Assembly: GCA_031279305.1 (NCBI GenBank)
Contig: JAITIS010000096.1
Span: forward strand, 1-48,596
Source of the DNA: Candidatus Margulisiibacteriota bacterium
GTDB lineage: Bacteria; Margulisbacteria; Termititenacia; Termititenacales; Termititenacaceae
DNA: 48,596 bases
Reading direction: 5' to 3'
Shown: positions 31,420 to 40,039 of the stretch, one piece after another
How the letters are laid out: each line of letters starts with the position of its first letter
How positions within the stretch are numbered: the stretch's first letter is position 1
The notes under the pieces: model-generated
Database searches by the model: none
Seen by the model: the letters and a program-made list of their open reading frames with translations, nothing else
Told to the model about the DNA's origin: nothing
Position numbers and translations under genes: made by a program

Positions 31420-32175
31420 ATGTCCGGACACAATAAGTGGAGCAAAATCAAGTATACCAAAGGCAAAGCTGATGCGGTCAAAGGCAAGGCTTTTTCTAAA
31501 GCGGCGATGGACATCATCACCGCGATCAAAGAAGGCGGCAACAGCGATCCGGCGTTAAATTCCCGTCTGCGTATGGCCATCGAGCAGGCCAAAAAAGTGA
31601 ATATGCCCAATGACAATATCAAGCGCGCCATCGAGCGCGGCGCCGGTAAAGAAGGCGGCATCGAAAGCGCCACCTACGAAGGCTACGCGCCGGGCGGCGT
31701 GGCTATGCTCATCGAGTGCCAAACCGACAACCGCAACCGCACCGCTTCAGCCGTGCGCTCCACGCTGGAAAAAAACGGCGGTAATCTCGGCACGCCGGGT
31801 TCGGTCAGCTTTATGTTCCACAAAAAAGGCCTGCTGGCTTTCGCCGCCGGTCAGGCAACTGAAGACAGATTGATGGAAACCCTGTTAGACGCCGGCGCGG
31901 AGGACATCAAGGATTACGGCGCGGACGGGCTGGAGGTCATCTGCGACCCGGCTGATTTTGACAAATGCGTCAAGGCCGCGGAAGGCGCCGCGCTGCCGAT
32001 CGAAACGGCGGAGATCACGCTCATTGCCGATAACACTATCGCCGTCGACGAGTCCACCGCCGGCAAAGTTTTAAATCTGGTAGAAAAAATTGAGGACTGC
32101 GACGATGTCCAGAAAGTCAGCCACAACGCCGCCATTTCAGATGAAATAATGGAGAAGCTCGCCGCCGCTCAATGA
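31420..32175 (+). CDS. yebC: YebC/PmpR-family transcriptional regulator
   Basis: The N-terminus is MSGHNKWSKIKYTKGKADAVKGK. The start was trimmed to the ATG at 31420, 4 nt after GGAGG. Confidence 0.92.
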   Translation: MSGHNKWSKIKYTKGKADAVKGKAFSKAAMDIITAIKEGGNSDPALNSRLRMAIEQAKKVNMPNDNIKRAIERGAGKEGGIESATYEGYAPGGVAMLIECQTDNRNRTASAVRSTLEKNGGNLGTPGSVSFMFHKKGLLAFAAGQATEDRLMETLLDAGAEDIKDYGADGLEVICDPADFDKCVKAAEGAALPIETAEITLIADNTIAVDESTAGKVLNLVEKIEDCDDVQKVSHNAAISDEIMEKLAAAQ

Positions 32176-32924
32176 AAATACGGGCTGATTTACATACCCA
32201 CAGCGTGGCGAGCGGCCACGCCTATTCCACCATCGATGAGCTGACCAAGGCCGCGCGCCGCCGTGGCTTAAAAATGCTGGCGGTCACCGACCACGCGCCC
32301 GGCATGCCGGACGGTCCGCACGAATATTATTTTTACAACACCCGCGTCTGGCCGGAATACCTGAATGGAGTGCGCCTGCTCAAAGGCGCAGAAGTGGATA
32401 TTATTGCGCCGAACGGGGGATTGGATCTGCCGACGGCGCTGTTAGCCTCGCTGGACGTGGTCATCGCCTCGGCGCACGCGGCGGTCAGCCCGGAAAACTT
32501 GAGCATAGAAAAAAACACCGCGATGTATCTCAAAGTCATTCAGAATCCGCACGTGGATATACTCGGCCATATTGAAAATCCGCTGTTAAAGTTGAACTAT
32601 CCTGTCGTGATAAAAGCCGCCCAAGCGCGCGGCAAGCTGGTGGAGATCAATAACGCATCCTTCACTGTGGCGCGCCACGGCTCGTACAGCAACTGTCTGG
32701 AAATTATGCGCATATTGCGCGAGGAAAACATGCCGTGCGTCATCAATTCCGACGCGCATATCGCCGGGCTGGTTGGCGAAGTCGGCAAGGCGCTTCAGAT
32801 CGCGCTGGAACAGGGCATCAAAAAAGAAAATATCTTAAATCTCGACGCCGGGAGAACCGCTAAACATTTAAAAATAAACACGCAAAAAACGGCGGACAAA
32901 CTGCACAGGATGGTGCCGCTATGA
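32172..32924 (+). CDS. ycdX: YcdX-like PHP-family phosphatase
   Basis: The N-terminal sequence [24 protein letters not shown]...[15 protein letters not shown] closely parallels the E. coli YcdX N-terminus. An ATGA overlap links it to yebC. Confidence 0.8.
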   Translation: MKIRADLHTHSVASGHAYSTIDELTKAARRRGLKMLAVTDHAPGMPDGPHEYYFYNTRVWPEYLNGVRLLKGAEVDIIAPNGGLDLPTALLASLDVVIASAHAAVSPENLSIEKNTAMYLKVIQNPHVDILGHIENPLLKLNYPVVIKAAQARGKLVEINNASFTVARHGSYSNCLEIMRILREENMPCVINSDAHIAGLVGEVGKALQIALEQGIKKENILNLDAGRTAKHLKINTQKTADKLHRMVPL

Positions 32925-35746
32925 TCACCGAAGACCTGCATATCAAAGGCGCGCGGGTGCACAACCTGCAAAATATCGAGGTTATTATTCCGCGCCACAC
33001 GCTGACGGTCATCACCGGATTGTCCGGCTCCGGCAAATCCTCGCTGGCTTTTGACACAATCTATGCCGAGGGACAGCGCCGCTATGTCGAATCGCTGTCG
33101 GCTTATGCCCGGCAGTTTCTGGGACAGATGGAAAAACCGGACGTGGATTTCATCGACGGCCTGTCGCCGGCTATCTCCATCGACCAGAAAAGCCGCTCCA
33201 AAAATCCGCGTTCGACAGTCGGCACAGTCACGGAAATTTACGATTATTTCCGCCTGCTTTTCGCGCACATCGGTCTGCCGCATTGTCCGCAGTGCGGCCA
33301 GCCGGTGTACCGGCAATCCGCGCAGGAGATTGCCGACCGCATCGCCGCGAAACCCGCCGGCGCTAAAATAATGATCCTCGCGCCGCTCATCCGCGGACGC
33401 AAAGGCGAGCATCACAAACTATTCGAGACTCTGAGCAAAAAAGGCTACACGCGGGTGCGCGTCAACGGCAGTATTTTTGAGCTGGCGGAAAAAATACACT
33501 TAAATAAAAATCAAAAACACACTATCTCCGCGGTTGTTGACCGGCTGACAGTCAGTCCAGAAAACTATAAGAGGATTTTTGAGTCTGTGGAAACCGCGCT
33601 CAAGGACGGCGAGCATTTGGTCGAGGTCATCACATTAAACGGCGAAAAAGAGACTGTCGATCTTTTCTCGGAACTTTTTACCTGCCTTCACTGCGGCGTT
33701 TCTCTGCCGGAAATCCTGCCGCGGACTTTTTCTTTTAACACGCCGTACGGCGCCTGCCCGGAATGCAAAGGTTTGGGCGTCAAATATATTTTTGCGGCGG
33801 AAAAAATCGTCAATCCAGAGCTTACGCTGGCGGACGGCGCGCTGCTGCCCTGGGCCGGACAGATGCGCGGTTTTATGGGACAGATGATCCAATCGCTGGC
33901 GCGTAAATATAAATTTCGGCTGGATGTGCCTTTTCGTAAACTGTCGGCCAAAGTGCAGGCAATACTGCTTTACGGCACCGATGACAACATCGATTTTCAT
34001 CTGCAGGCGCGCAGCAACGCGGACAAATATTATGACTGGTCAGGGCGTTTCGAAGGCGTGGTGTCCAATCTGGAGCGGCTCTACCGCCAGACCGAATCCG
34101 AGTGGCGCAAAGCGGATATGGAAAAATATATGTCCATCCAGTCCTGCGCGTCCTGCCGAGGCAGGAAATTAAATCCGATCGCGCTGGCCGTAAAAATATG
34201 CGAAAAAAATATCAGCGAGCTGATGGAGCTGCCGGTCAAGAATCTGCGCGGCTGGCTAAACGAGTTAAAACTCAGCCAAACTGCAGAACTGATCGCCAGT
34301 CAGGTTTTGAAAGAGATCAATGCTCGCCTGAAATTTCTGGCGGATGTGGGGCTGGATTATCTCTCTCTAGGCCGGACTTCCGCCACGCTGTCCGGCGGGG
34401 AATCCCAGCGCATCCGGCTGGCCACCCAGATCGGCTCCGGCCTAGTCGGCGTGCTGTACGTGCTGGACGAGCCCTCCATCGGCCTGCACCAGAAAGACAA
34501 CAGTAAACTGCTGGCCAGCCTCAAGAGCCTGCGCGATCTGGGCAACACGCTGATCGTGGTGGAGCACGATGACGAAACAATGCTAGCCGCCGACCACATC
34601 ATCGATATGGGGCCGGGCGCCGGCAAACACGGCGGACAGATCATCGCCGCCGGCACGCCGGCGGAAATAAAGAAAAATCCGGACTCGCTAACCGGAGCGT
34701 TCCTCTCCGGACGCCAAAAAATAGAAGTGCCCCGGCAAAGGCGGGTGGGCAGCCCCAAAAAGCTCACGCTAAACGGCGTGTCCGAGCACAATCTCAAAAA
34801 ACTGACCGTGGATTTTCCGCTGGGCAAATTCATCTGTGTTACGGGTGTGTCCGGTTCCGGCAAATCTTCATTGATCACCGACACGCTGTATCCGGTGCTC
34901 AGGCACAAACTGCACGGCAGCTCCCTGCCGCCGCTCAAATATTCCAGCATCAAAGGCGTGGAAAATATCGACAATATTATTGTCATAGATCAAGACCCTA
35001 TCGGACGCACGCCACGCTCCAACCCCGCCACCTACACCGGCGTGTTCACGCCTATCCGCGAGCTTTTTGCGCTGACGCCGGAAGCCAGACAGCGCGGCTA
35101 CAATCCTGGGCGGTTTTCTTTCAATATCCGGGGCGGGCGCTGCGAAGCCTGCGAAGGCGACGGCATCAAGCAGATCGAGATGCATTTTCTGCCGGATGTT
35201 TACGTGCCCTGCGCAGTCTGCGGCGGCAAACGCTACAATAAAGAAACGCTGGAGGTGCGCTACAAAGGCCGCAATATCAGCGACGTGCTGAATATGACCA
35301 TCGACGAAGCCTATGAAATATTTAAAAATATTCCCCGCATAGAAAATAAATTAAAAACTCTGCGGGACGTGGGCTTGAACTATATCCAGCTCGGCCAGTC
35401 AGCCACCACGCTGTCCGGCGGCGAAGCCCAGCGCATCAAGCTGGCCGCCGAACTGTCCCGGCGCTCCACCGGCCAGACAATGTATATACTCGACGAGCCG
35501 ACGACCGGACTGCATTTTGCCGACGTGTCCAAACTCATCCAAATGCTCAATCGTCTGGTCGACAGCGGCAATACGATCATCGTCATCGAGCATAACCTCG
35601 ATGTCATCAAATCCGCCGATCATATTTTCGATCTGGGCCCGGACGGCGGGGACGGCGGCGGCGAGATTGTGGCCAGCGGCACACCGGAAGAGGTCGCCCA
35701 GAATCCGCGGTCGTATACGGGACAGTATCTGCGGAAAATCTTATAA
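32921..35746 (+). CDS. uvrA: Excinuclease ABC subunit A
   Basis: The protein is 941 aa with two ABC ATPase modules ([14 protein letters not shown]; [10 protein letters not shown]) and zinc-finger Cys clusters. An ATGA overlap links it to ycdX. Confidence 0.97.
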   Translation: MITEDLHIKGARVHNLQNIEVIIPRHTLTVITGLSGSGKSSLAFDTIYAEGQRRYVESLSAYARQFLGQMEKPDVDFIDGLSPAISIDQKSRSKNPRSTVGTVTEIYDYFRLLFAHIGLPHCPQCGQPVYRQSAQEIADRIAAKPAGAKIMILAPLIRGRKGEHHKLFETLSKKGYTRVRVNGSIFELAEKIHLNKNQKHTISAVVDRLTVSPENYKRIFESVETALKDGEHLVEVITLNGEKETVDLFSELFTCLHCGVSLPEILPRTFSFNTPYGACPECKGLGVKYIFAAEKIVNPELTLADGALLPWAGQMRGFMGQMIQSLARKYKFRLDVPFRKLSAKVQAILLYGTDDNIDFHLQARSNADKYYDWSGRFEGVVSNLERLYRQTESEWRKADMEKYMSIQSCASCRGRKLNPIALAVKICEKNISELMELPVKNLRGWLNELKLSQTAELIASQVLKEINARLKFLADVGLDYLSLGRTSATLSGGESQRIRLATQIGSGLVGVLYVLDEPSIGLHQKDNSKLLASLKSLRDLGNTLIVVEHDDETMLAADHIIDMGPGAGKHGGQIIAAGTPAEIKKNPDSLTGAFLSGRQKIEVPRQRRVGSPKKLTLNGVSEHNLKKLTVDFPLGKFICVTGVSGSGKSSLITDTLYPVLRHKLHGSSLPPLKYSSIKGVENIDNIIVIDQDPIGRTPRSNPATYTGVFTPIRELFALTPEARQRGYNPGRFSFNIRGGRCEACEGDGIKQIEMHFLPDVYVPCAVCGGKRYNKETLEVRYKGRNISDVLNMTIDEAYEIFKNIPRIENKLKTLRDVGLNYIQLGQSATTLSGGEAQRIKLAAELSRRSTGQTMYILDEPTTGLHFADVSKLIQMLNRLVDSGNTIIVIEHNLDVIKSADHIFDLGPDGGDGGGEIVASGTPEEVAQNPRSYTGQYLRKIL

Positions 35747-36661
35747 ACAATTCAACAAGAGTTTATTTGTAATCACTTTCTGTTTGCCCAGATACGCCTC
35801 GGTCAGCGCATTGAAACAGAGATTATTCACCTCGCGGGCTAGGCCGGCCGTGGCGGTGTAAATGACCTGATAGGTGTCCGGCTCAAACATTTTATCCGGA
35901 TCTCCTCCGGCGGTGCGGATGCGGAAGCGGATATATTCTTTCATTTCCGCAAAATCGAATGGCAGTAATTCTTCCTGCACATACATTCGGTTGCGCAGAG
36001 AATTGTAACTCTCGTGCTTGATGCGGCGCAGGAATATCTCCTCGGTAAAAAGCAGAATAGAGACCAGCTTCATCTCCGGCAGTTCGATATTGGAGATCGT
36101 GCGCAGGATATGCAGAGACGAAGCTTCCAAAAAATGCGCCTCGTCAATCATAATCACCAGACGCTTGCCTTTTTGGTAAAGGCCGATGACATAGTCCTGC
36201 AGAATGCGGATCATATCGTAAGTCTGAGTCACGTTTTTGAGCAGCTGTCCCAGCTCCAGCTCCAGCAGTATTTCTTTGAGCAGCGCCGACTTAGTCATGC
36301 CGGGCGAGACCAGCACCACGATGGTTTGGTATTTTTCTTGATCCAGCGTCATCAAAAGCAGCTGGGTGATCAGCGTTTTGCCGCTGCCGGACTGGCCGCA
36401 GACCAAGGCCAGTGAAATATTCTGCTCCACGCTCATTTTCATTTTTTGATAAATCGCATAGTGCGCCTTTGCCTTAAAAAAATATTTGGTGTTCACCGCA
36501 TCGCCAAAAGGATTTTCGGTCAGGCCGAAAAAAGACAACAAGTCCAGCGTGCTCAAGGCTTCTTTATCCAGCGTGGCCACCGCAGATTTACCCTGGGCTT
36601 CCTGCCGCCTCTCACTGGATAAAAATAGATGGGAAAAATCCTCGATCGACGAATTGCTCAT
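35741..36661 (-). CDS. ExeA/GspA/MshM-like AAA ATPase
   Basis: The sequence [20 protein letters not shown].. and Walker [13 protein letters not shown] follow the ExeA pattern. GGAGG lies upstream of the ATG. Confidence 0.8.
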   Translation of the reverse strand: MSNSSIEDFSHLFLSSERRQEAQGKSAVATLDKEALSTLDLLSFFGLTENPFGDAVNTKYFFKAKAHYAIYQKMKMSVEQNISLALVCGQSGSGKTLITQLLLMTLDQEKYQTIVVLVSPGMTKSALLKEILLELELGQLLKNVTQTYDMIRILQDYVIGLYQKGKRLVIMIDEAHFLEASSLHILRTISNIELPEMKLVSILLFTEEIFLRRIKHESYNSLRNRMYVQEELLPFDFAEMKEYIRFRIRTAGGDPDKMFEPDTYQVIYTATAGLAREVNNLCFNALTEAYLGKQKVITNKLLLNCL

Positions 36662-36679
36662 AACATACCTCCAAAATTC

Positions 36680-36703
36680 CGCGCTGGCGTTTTTACCAGC
36701 GCG
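36680..36703 (-). promoter_or_regulatory. 8-bp-stem hairpin in the 5' leader of the ExeA-like gene
   Basis: The hairpin is CGCGCTGG-N8-CCAGCGCG. On the minus strand it ends 7 nt before the GGAGG RBS. Confidence 0.3.
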
Positions 36704-36853
36704 GGCACCATAGACTAACGTTTATCAATAAGGGCTGTCAAGCCGTGTTAAATAAAAATTAACTGGCTTTTTAAGCCTGCGCGTATAAATCGGCTCAAAC
36801 TGGGTAATAATCTGGCGTCAGACAATTTGAGTTTTTTAAGAGAGGGGTTTGTT

Positions 36854-37162
36854 ATGGAAAACTGCAATGATTATGTGAAATTTTTGCGGGCGTTAGCCAG
36901 TGAGGAGCGCTTGGGCATTCTGGAAGAGTTGGAAACGCACGGCGAGATCAATGCCACCGAGGTGGAGAAAAAATTTTTTATGGAGCAGTCCACCGCGTCC
37001 CATCACCTCAATATACTGTACAAAGCCGGCATTATCGAGCCGCGCAAAACCGGCCGGAACATTTTTTATCATATCAAAGAAAATTCTTTGCAGGATTTTT
37101 ACGGCCGTTTCCTAAAAGCGCTGGAAGAAAAACAGCAGGCGAAAGTCGCCGAAAACTGCTGA
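36854..37162 (+). CDS. ArsR/SmtB-family winged-helix transcriptional regulator
   Basis: The motif LRALASEERLGILEEL...ATEVEKKFFMEQSTASHHLNILYKAGIIEPRKTGRNIFY is present. The start was trimmed from the TTG to the ATG at 36854, downstream of GAGAGGGG. Confidence 0.85.
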   Translation: MENCNDYVKFLRALASEERLGILEELETHGEINATEVEKKFFMEQSTASHHLNILYKAGIIEPRKTGRNIFYHIKENSLQDFYGRFLKALEEKQQAKVAENC

Positions 37163-37180
37163 CCCGCGGCGGCGTTTTTT
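37147..37180 (+). terminator. Possible intrinsic terminator after arsR
   Basis: A short GC stem (CGCCG...CGGCG) is followed by GCG and a T6 run at 37175-37180. The stem is weak. Confidence 0.3.
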
Positions 37181-37434
37181 ACTAAACCTTGCGAACCATA
37201 ATCCACAAGGTGGGTCGCCGCCTTAAAGACGGTGTTAGCACTTCGGGAACAGCAACTAAAAAGTGAGCCGCCCACCAGAAGTCCCCGGTTTTTACACAGG
37301 TTCCAGGTCTAAAAAATAAACACGCGCGCCGCAGGCAAAATCGTTATAACATATTTCCGAAAATAACTTCAACCGGTAAATTTAAGGTGCTTATGTGTCT
37401 GACACGCCAAAATAAAACAACTTTTTATTCGTAT

Positions 37435-38417
37435 TTATATTTTCTGTATCAACACTCTTGCAAATCCCAATTTGCCATTTATGCAGGACTCATATCTTTT
37501 CTCTTGCGCTATTTTATATCCCTTTTCCAATAAACCGTTTAATATCGGGCGAGCAGATACGGCAAAAGGTTTTTTATAGTCATTCGGAATAAAACAATTA
37601 TCAACTAGCAATGTTCTTAAATCATCATATTTTTTATACTTTTCGGGGATATCTTTTAACGGCATTATTTTTAATTGCTTATATTTTGGTCTGTTTTTTA
37701 TAGGAATATTTGTAAACCAATAACCTGCCGCTCTGGCAAGTTCTTTTTTAGGAGTTAAAAACCAATCTACTTCATTAAATCCCGCCCATACTTTATTGTG
37801 CTGAAAATACGGGATATATGCCGTATTTATAGCATTTGATATGTTAGATATAATTAAAAACTTTTTCCGCTTTTAATAGTGGTGTTCCAATAGTCTATTG
37901 CTCTTGAAAACGGCGGGTTCGTGCATACGATGTCCGTCTCTTCATTAAGAATTTTCAATGAAAGAGGGTGGTCAAAACCGCCGGTATATCCATCCGGATA
38001 TTCTTTAAATTCCCTGAAACCATCTTTTGTAAATATATAACCTTTTGCTCCCTGATTGAACAAATCCACCACGCCGCTATAATGGGTACATATTATTTTT
38101 TTTAAGCCAATTTCATTGAAATGATGTATAAAATATAAAGCAAACGCCGAAGTATTTCTTTCATTATCTTCATCAACAGGGTCATCGCAGTTGCAAAACA
38201 CGGTCTTATTTTTCCAGATTCTTTTATCATACATTGACAGTTCTTTTTCAACATCTTCATATCTGGTATAAAATTCATCATTATCCACTCTCTTTGCCTT
38301 TTGCATTACATCTTTAGGCGACAATCCTCTTGCCTCAAGAGATGGAGTCGTTTTCTTTACTATCTTAACCATTTGATTTTTCTCGTCTGTTTTAATAAAT
38401 ATTTCCTTTACAAACAT
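37435..38417 (-). pseudogene. EcoRI-methylase-family N6-adenine DNA methyltransferase interrupted by a frameshift in a homopolymer
   Basis: The N-terminal frame ends ...DIVCTNPPFSRAIDYWNTTIKSGKSF* at 37854. The family continuation (K)KFLIISNISNAINTAY...YWFTNIP...IPNDYKKPFAVSARP runs in another frame that is open from 37872 to 37435. The two frames are joined by adding one base to the A5 run (T5 on the + strand, 37862-37866). Confidence 0.75.
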
Positions 38418-38448
38418 TTTGTGAGACTTAATAAATTGAACATAATTC

Positions 38449-38724
38449 TTAAACAAAACGGAATTGAAAAAATAAATTTCCTTGCTTTTTTTCCTCGCGA
38501 AGAACAGGAAAACTCTCTTTAACGGCATTTTCCAGCTGAGTCATATTCTTTACTTCGCAAGCGAATAGATACCTGTAAATATTTTCTTTGGACTTGCCAG
38601 TCATATTATTATATTCTTTTAATCGCCGCTCCAAGTCATTAGTCTTGCCAATCTTGCATTTTGAAGGTTCTAACAATGCTTGAACAATATAAATGTATTC
38701 TCCCGCCTCTTGATTACTTTTCAT
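38449..38724 (-). CDS. Small GIY-YIG (T5orf172-like) domain protein
   Basis: The sequence MKSNQEAGEYIYIVQALLEPSKCKIGKTNDLERRLKEYN...LENAVKESF carries GIY-YIG-type motifs. AGAGGT lies 6 nt upstream of the ATG at 38724. The longer ORF-track version (to 38892) was rejected. Confidence 0.6.
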   Translation of the reverse strand: MKSNQEAGEYIYIVQALLEPSKCKIGKTNDLERRLKEYNNMTGKSKENIYRYLFACEVKNMTQLENAVKESFPVLREEKKQGNLFFQFRFV

Positions 38725-38902
38725 TATTTTACCTCTAATTCCAATACACGCTGTTTTAATAATCCGGCGGAATTGTAAAATTGTAAATTCGTTAATTATA
38801 ATGCCTGCATTTTTAGTTGTTGACCACTGCTTGTTATGAGAAAGTTTTATGCAGGTTACCAGAGATATAAGCGCCAGATTTAAGGTTGACAAAAGACACT
38901 GT

Positions 38903-39604
38903 TTATCTGATCGGCTTAAAATTTTTGCTGGCTTTGCCGGTCAAGGTGATTTTCAAGAAATTCAAAATATTATGACCGATAAAACGCAGCGGGCCTTCCG
39001 CCAGCAGGCGGCGCGCGGAAGTGTGCGCGGCCATTTTTTTGTCATAAACCACCCGTCCCAGCTTGCGCACGCGCAGTCCCAGATCCACATCCTCCGCGGT
39101 GACCAGCTCAGCGCGGAAACCGCCGGCGGCGTCATAGGCGGTTTTGCGTATGGCAAAATTCTGGCCGGAGACATTGTCCCGGCGGATCAGCCGGCTCAAG
39201 CGCAAAAAAACCGTGTTGTAAAAAAAAGCGGCCAGGATTTTTAGCGGCGGAGAGCAGTCGCGCAGATAGACCGGGCCGTAAACGCAGACCACTTTGTCGT
39301 CCTCAAAATTTTTGGCGACGCGTTCCACCCAGATTGGATCTGGGGCGGTGTCCGCATCGGTGCAGGCGATGACCTCGCCGGTCGTCGCGGCAAAACCTTC
39401 GGCGCGGGCCAGAGCGATGCCTTTGCTTGCCTGCTTCACAACTTTCCAGCCAGCCTCCGCGCAGAGCCGCGGGGTCGAGTCTGTACTGGCGTCGATCGCC
39501 ACGATCTCAAAATCTTTGTAAGTTTGATTTTTCAGGGAATTAAGGCAGGGCGCTAGATATTTTTCTTCATTCATAGTGGGCACCACCACGGAAACTTTTA
39601 CCAT
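38903..39604 (-). CDS. Family-2 glycosyltransferase
   Basis: The motif MVKVSVVVPTMNEEKYL...NQTYKDFEIVAIDASTD...CTDADT is present. The start was trimmed to the ATG at 39604, 4 nt after GGAGG. Confidence 0.88.
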   Translation of the reverse strand: MVKVSVVVPTMNEEKYLAPCLNSLKNQTYKDFEIVAIDASTDSTPRLCAEAGWKVVKQASKGIALARAEGFAATTGEVIACTDADTAPDPIWVERVAKNFEDDKVVCVYGPVYLRDCSPPLKILAAFFYNTVFLRLSRLIRRDNVSGQNFAIRKTAYDAAGGFRAELVTAEDVDLGLRVRKLGRVVYDKKMAAHTSARRLLAEGPLRFIGHNILNFLKITLTGKASKNFKPIR

Positions 39605-39682
39605 AAACTCCTCCCTGACAAATAACCCCGCGGTTTTGGGCGCCGCGGGGTTATTATACACTATTCATCGCTGACCCGCGCT

Positions 39683-39970
39683 TTAACGCAGGGCTTTTTC
39701 GATCACATCCGCCATATTGCTGCGGTTTTTAGCTTTGGATATTTTTACCGAAAGATCGCCTTTCAGAAAAACATCGCTGACCCAAGCTGAAATATCGTTT
39801 TTGGCGGAATTAACGTGATAGCCATAAGTGCCGTCATCCAAGCCGCGCAGAATACCCGGCAGATCATTTAGATTGGAAACGACCTGTCCGTTGCAAAAAT
39901 AAAAGCGCTTGTCACCCTGCGCTTCATAACTGGTCTGTCTTGGTTTGCTTAATGTTTTGGTCTTAGCCAT
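39683..39970 (-). CDS. Small (95 aa) protein with a basic N-terminal peptide; possibly a DUF5752-like domain
   Basis: GGGGGAG lies 5 nt upstream of the ATG at 39970. The sequence begins MAKTKTLSKPRQ, followed by FYFCNGQVVSNLNDLPGILRGLDDGTYGYHVNSAKNDISAWVSDVF. The family assignment is from memory only. Confidence 0.6.
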   Translation of the reverse strand: MAKTKTLSKPRQTSYEAQGDKRFYFCNGQVVSNLNDLPGILRGLDDGTYGYHVNSAKNDISAWVSDVFLKGDLSVKISKAKNRSNMADVIEKALR

Positions 39971-40039
39971 TTTTCTCCCCCTCAATTGCTTTAGGGCCGC
40001 CCGCCAAACTTGTGACAGGCGGCTCAATTTCTCAAAAAA

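Larger units (their letters stand above)
37340..38900. other. AT-rich compositional island (putative horizontally acquired GIY-YIG plus methylase cassette)
   Basis: By-eye counts of 60-nt lines give roughly 25-35% G+C here, against about 45-60% in the flanks. The change is abrupt after the arsR downstream region and at the GT2 stop. Confidence 0.6.

Noticed and set aside
37163-37434. A tRNA, tmRNA or SRP RNA gene as the integration target next to the low-GC island.
   Set aside because: No cloverleaf with a 7-nt T-loop (GTTCRANYC-type) could be drawn on either strand. No SRP GGAA-tetraloop helix-8 motif or tmRNA tag-coding region could be drawn either. The region is kept only as an unexplained structured region.
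38449-38892. The full 147-aa ORF as the GIY-YIG gene.
   Set aside because: Its first 56 codons (MSTLNLALISLVTCIKLSH...) have no RBS and read like AT-rich intergenic DNA. The ATG at 38724 has AGAGGT 6 nt upstream and starts right before the GIY-YIG core.
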